Of a stretch of DNA of 9,441 nucleotides, positions 6,686-9,441 are shown piece by piece. A program made the translations under genes and the position numbers. The stretch is from Candidatus Baldrarchaeum yapensis (lineage in GTDB: Archaea; Asgardarchaeota; Baldrarchaeia; Baldrarchaeales; Baldrarchaeaceae), in contig JAEOSH010000071.1 of assembly GCA_016840465.1 (NCBI GenBank), positions 1 to 9,441 of the forward strand. Reading direction: 5' to 3'. Position 1 is the first letter of the stretch. Each line of letters begins with the position of its first letter. The notes beneath the pieces were generated by a model. The model was given only the letters and a program-made list of their open reading frames with translations. It did not search any database and had not been told where the DNA came from.

Positions 6686-6955
6686 TTTTCGAATACCCCG
6701 AGATATCATAAAATGTTGTTGGCAAGTTAGCAATGGAGCATTGTAGACCGATACTTAATGGTAGGGTACCACAATTTATCCACTTGTTTGCATCGCCGTC
6801 AAAACTTTATATCGTTCTTTATGAGGAGCGGTTTGATTTTTCGACGATATTGTTATATAGGTGCATTGCAAGTAGAGTATTATTGATTAGCAAAATCAGG
6901 GTCGCAATATTCCATCTTCCATTAGAAAATCCTCGGAAATGTAGCGGTGTTAGTA
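6686..6955. promoter_or_regulatory. Divergent intergenic region with TATA-like elements
   Basis: 270 nt AT-rich gap between divergent starts (6685 -, 6956 +); TTTATA at 6805-6810 and TTATATA at 6853-6859. Assignment to either gene is not possible. Confidence 0.3.
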
Positions 6956-7210
6956 ATGTCCGAATATGAGTGGGAAGAGGATAACGAAGAGTATGAGGTT
7001 TTCGAATTGAAAAAGTGGTTCGATGAATTTGCGGATTTTTACGAGTTATCTGAAGATGAGCGTGAGATATGCCTGAACTGTAGGTATCTGTCACGATGCC
7101 TGTCAAATTTCAAATTCGGACATGTAACTGATGCATGTTATCCATGCCGGAAATTATGCCTACTAATGTGCCCACAGGCACCCAATTGCCCAAAAATTCC
7201 CGAGGAGTAG
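6956..7210 (+). CDS. Small hypothetical protein, acidic/aromatic N-half and 8-Cys C-half (putative metal or Fe-S binding)
   Basis: 84 aa from ATG 6956 with GCGGTG upstream; strongly non-random composition; fills the gap exactly, with its stop 3 nt from the CDF stop. Cys pattern C-x2-C-x5-C-x12-C-x2-C-x3-C-x3-C-x5-C. Confidence 0.6.
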   Translation: MSEYEWEEDNEEYEVFELKKWFDEFADFYELSEDEREICLNCRYLSRCLSNFKFGHVTDACYPCRKLCLLMCPQAPNCPKIPEE

Positions 7211-7213
7211 GTT

Positions 7214-8476
7214 CTAATGTGCCCTATCCTCGTGTACACCGAACGGCTTCCTTTGTTCCTCAAGTTTGCCCTCACAGAAGGACTTCAGGACCTCCTCTAC
7301 CGTTCTTTCGCCACTCGCTCTTAAGATACTGATCCCATAACTCTGGAGCATGCTGAACGCCGCCTTCCCAATATTCCTTGATACAACCACAGTTACTCCC
7401 TTTTTAAACAATGCTTCGGCCAACGATACTCCCTTACCTCTCTCCTCTTCAAAGAAAGGGTTTCTTTCTATAACAACCTCTTTTATGTCCCCTTCGGCTC
7501 CTAACGTTACAATGGCAATAAACTCAGCCCTTCCAAAGTGATCACACACCTCCGCCTTCAGCCCCTCCGCCCCCTTACATGGGATCGCGACGATAATTTC
7601 TTCTCTCCGAACGGGCCTTATGGCCACAAACACATGATCGACCGATGAAATTTCTCGCTTTATTTTTTCAACGACCTCTCTCCTTATCACATCGGCACGT
7701 GTAATGTCGAGCGTTGGTGACAACTCTATCTCCATATCTACAAGTATATGGCTGCCCGCACTCCTTGCTCTCACATCTGCAACCTTCATGACGCCGGGAA
7801 CGCCCTCCGCAACCCTTCTTATCCTGTCTATTATGCTCGGCTCGAGAAGCGCATCCATCAATGTGCATATCGAGTCCTTCCCTATTCGACATCCCTCCCA
7901 TACTATTGCGAAAGAAATCAGTACCCCTATCATGGGATCTGCGATCAGAAATCCGTATGAAACGAACAGCAACCCCAAGAACACCGCCACACTCGCAAGC
8001 GTGTCAACTCTCGAGTGTACGCCCTCCGCAATTAGAGAAGGACTATTTATCCTTTTTCCAATTCTCCCCTTGTACTCTGCCAGCGCAAATGAAACCGCCG
8101 CGGAAACCACCGGCACCACAAGTACTATGGGTGTTACTAGCACCCCCTCGGGGGAAATCAACTTTTTAATGGACTCCCACGCCGTTTCAACTCCCGCCCC
8201 AACTATAAATATTGCAACGAAAAGGCTCACGATATTTTCGGCCTTGTAGTGCCCGTACGGGTGCATTTTATCCGGAGGTCTGATAGAGATCTTGATCCCG
8301 ACCCAGACGAGTACCGAGGAGATTACATCTATTAACGAATGTAAACCATCGGTAAAAAGTCCAATGCTTCCAGATAGCGACCCCACAATCATCTTCATAA
8401 GCGATATTGCCATGTTTCCCCATGCAGAGATGACTGCAGCGCGCCTACCCAGCTCCGCATACTCGTCACTCGGCAT
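7214..8476 (-). CDS. Cation diffusion facilitator (FieF-like) fused to a C-terminal NifB/NifX-type (dinitrogenase FeMo-cofactor biosynthesis family) domain
   Basis: CDF: GSIGLFTDGLHSLID, PPDKMHPYGHYKAE, SPSLIAEGVHSRVD, ADP; dimerisation domain VRARSAGSHILVDMEI. NifX-like domain: IVAIPC...VCDHFGRAEF...GVTVVVSRNIG...TVEEVL. Confidence 0.92.
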   Translation of the reverse strand: MPSDEYAELGRRAAVISAWGNMAISLMKMIVGSLSGSIGLFTDGLHSLIDVISSVLVWVGIKISIRPPDKMHPYGHYKAENIVSLFVAIFIVGAGVETAWESIKKLISPEGVLVTPIVLVVPVVSAAVSFALAEYKGRIGKRINSPSLIAEGVHSRVDTLASVAVFLGLLFVSYGFLIADPMIGVLISFAIVWEGCRIGKDSICTLMDALLEPSIIDRIRRVAEGVPGVMKVADVRARSAGSHILVDMEIELSPTLDITRADVIRREVVEKIKREISSVDHVFVAIRPVRREEIIVAIPCKGAEGLKAEVCDHFGRAEFIAIVTLGAEGDIKEVVIERNPFFEEERGKGVSLAEALFKKGVTVVVSRNIGKAAFSMLQSYGISILRASGERTVEEVLKSFCEGKLEEQRKPFGVHEDRAH

Positions 8477-8503
8477 ACGAAACCCTCAATTTTTTAGCAA
8501 TAG

Positions 8504-8516
8504 CACAATATTTGTG
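8504..8516. promoter_or_regulatory. Palindrome CACAA-TAT-TTGTG, candidate operator of the CDF gene
   Basis: 5-bp inverted repeat 28-40 nt upstream of the minus-strand ATG 8476. Confidence 0.25.
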
Positions 8517-8597
8517 TTTAACTTAGGTCCTCCATACCGATAGAAATACGAAAATTAGAAACAGAAGGTCTTAAAATACGGATTGAGTTAAAAGTCG

Positions 8598-9440
8598 TCA
8601 GATAATTCTTTTCTTCTCCTTACCCATCTGATCGTATATTTTATAGATCTCTCTTTGAATTATGAACCTCTGTATCTCGCTCGTACCCGCACCGATCTTC
8701 ATAAGGCGTGCATCCCTGTAGAACTTCTCTACTGGCATTTCCTTCGTATACCCGATACCGCCCAATATCTGAAGGGCATCATCACAAACCTCGCATGCCA
8801 TTTCGGAGGCAAAGACCTTTGCAATTGCAGCCTCTAAGGTTGCTCTTCGCCCCTCATCCACTGCCCTCGCGGCATGCATAACTAGCAACCTAGCCGCTAA
8901 GATCTTGGTGGCCATGTCCGCAATTCTGAAACTTATCGCCTCAAACTTTCGAATTGGTCGGTCAAATTGCACCCTTTCCATGGAGTATCTTACAGCTTGC
9001 TCAAATGCTCCCACAGCATATCCTATGCATCCCGCAGCGATTATTGTTCTTTCAACGTCCAGCCCGGCCATCATAACCTGATATCCGTTTCCAACTCCAC
9101 CAAGTACGTTCTCCTTCGGAACCCTTAAATCCTTAAATCTCAGATGGCTGTTCCTTACTCCGCGCATTCCCATGAGTTCGAAGTCTTTGACTACTTCAAA
9201 ACCACTCCACTCGGTCTCAACTATGAACGCCGTTAGCGCCTTTCTTGGATCTTCAGGTCCTCCCTTTATTTTAGCATACACCAGTATGAAGTCCGCAACA
9301 CTTCCATTCGTTATGAACCTTTTTTCTCCGTTGATCACCCATTCATTCCCTTTTTTCTCGGCGGTTGTCGCGATCATTGTAATGTCACTACCTGCGCCCG
9401 GCTCAGTTATTCCTAATGCTCCTAACTTCTCTCCCTTAAT
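8598..9440 (-). CDS. Acyl-CoA dehydrogenase, isovaleryl-CoA dehydrogenase-like (5' partial, runs off the window)
   Basis: The frame is open to the window edge: IKGEKLGALGITEPGAGSD, WVINGEKRFITNG, MGMRG, RVPKENVLGGVGNG, LDVER, RVQFDRPI, ALQILGGIGY, YRDAR, IGAGTSEIQ. The ORF-track Met at 9377 is internal. Confidence 0.95.
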   Translation of the reverse strand: MKGEKLGALGITEPGAGSDITMIATTAEKKGNEWVINGEKRFITNGSVADFILVYAKIKGGPEDPRKALTAFIVETEWSGFEVVKDFELMGMRGVRNSHLRFKDLRVPKENVLGGVGNGYQVMMAGLDVERTIIAAGCIGYAVGAFEQAVRYSMERVQFDRPIRKFEAISFRIADMATKILAARLLVMHAARAVDEGRRATLEAAIAKVFASEMACEVCDDALQILGGIGYTKEMPVEKFYRDARLMKIGAGTSEIQRFIIQREIYKIYDQMGKEKKRII

Positions 9441-9441
9441 C

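Noticed and set aside
6733-7106. ORFs 6733-6969 (+) and 6819-7106 (-) in the divergent region
   Set aside because: No motifs or ribosome-binding site, and both overlap the better-supported 8-Cys ORF or its promoter region.
7214-7600. Nitrogen fixation inferred from the NifX-like domain
   Set aside because: The family is widespread in non-diazotrophs and there are no nif genes in the window.
7704-8249. Long plus-strand ORFs antisense to real genes (7704-8249, 2511-2873, 4270-4659, 348-545 minus, and similar)
   Set aside because: Ser/Thr-rich shadows of well-supported genes on the opposite strand, with no motifs.
1-9441. CRISPR array, tRNA/rRNA, IS element or integrase
   Set aside because: I found no regularly spaced repeats, cloverleaf-like sequence, terminal inverted repeats with target duplications, or recombinase motifs by eye.

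Overview
Prokaryotic window, most likely archaeal (GGTGA/GGAGG ribosome-binding sites, T-rich terminator, AbrB-PIN toxin-antitoxin pair, CDF-NifX fusion). I cannot assign a lineage. Left side, metabolic genes: a Kce/BKACE-family beta-keto acid cleavage enzyme (+), a TauE/SafE-family transporter (+) and a convergent phytoene-desaturase-like FAD oxidoreductase (-). Middle (about 3.6-7.2 kb), an accessory-looking block: a class I SAM methyltransferase with an unassigned N-terminal region, a vapBC-type toxin-antitoxin pair in which both genes are broken (largely missed by the ORF track), a membrane-anchored transglutaminase-like protein and a small acidic 8-Cys orphan. Right side: a cation diffusion facilitator fused to a NifB/NifX-like domain and a 5'-truncated isovaleryl-CoA-dehydrogenase-type acyl-CoA dehydrogenase. 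I found no rRNA, tRNA, CRISPR array, integrase or transposase. No complete new system is demonstrable from sequence alone. The best leads are the 8-Cys acidic protein, the doubly inactivated TA pair embedded in an apparent operon, and the unusual methyltransferase.
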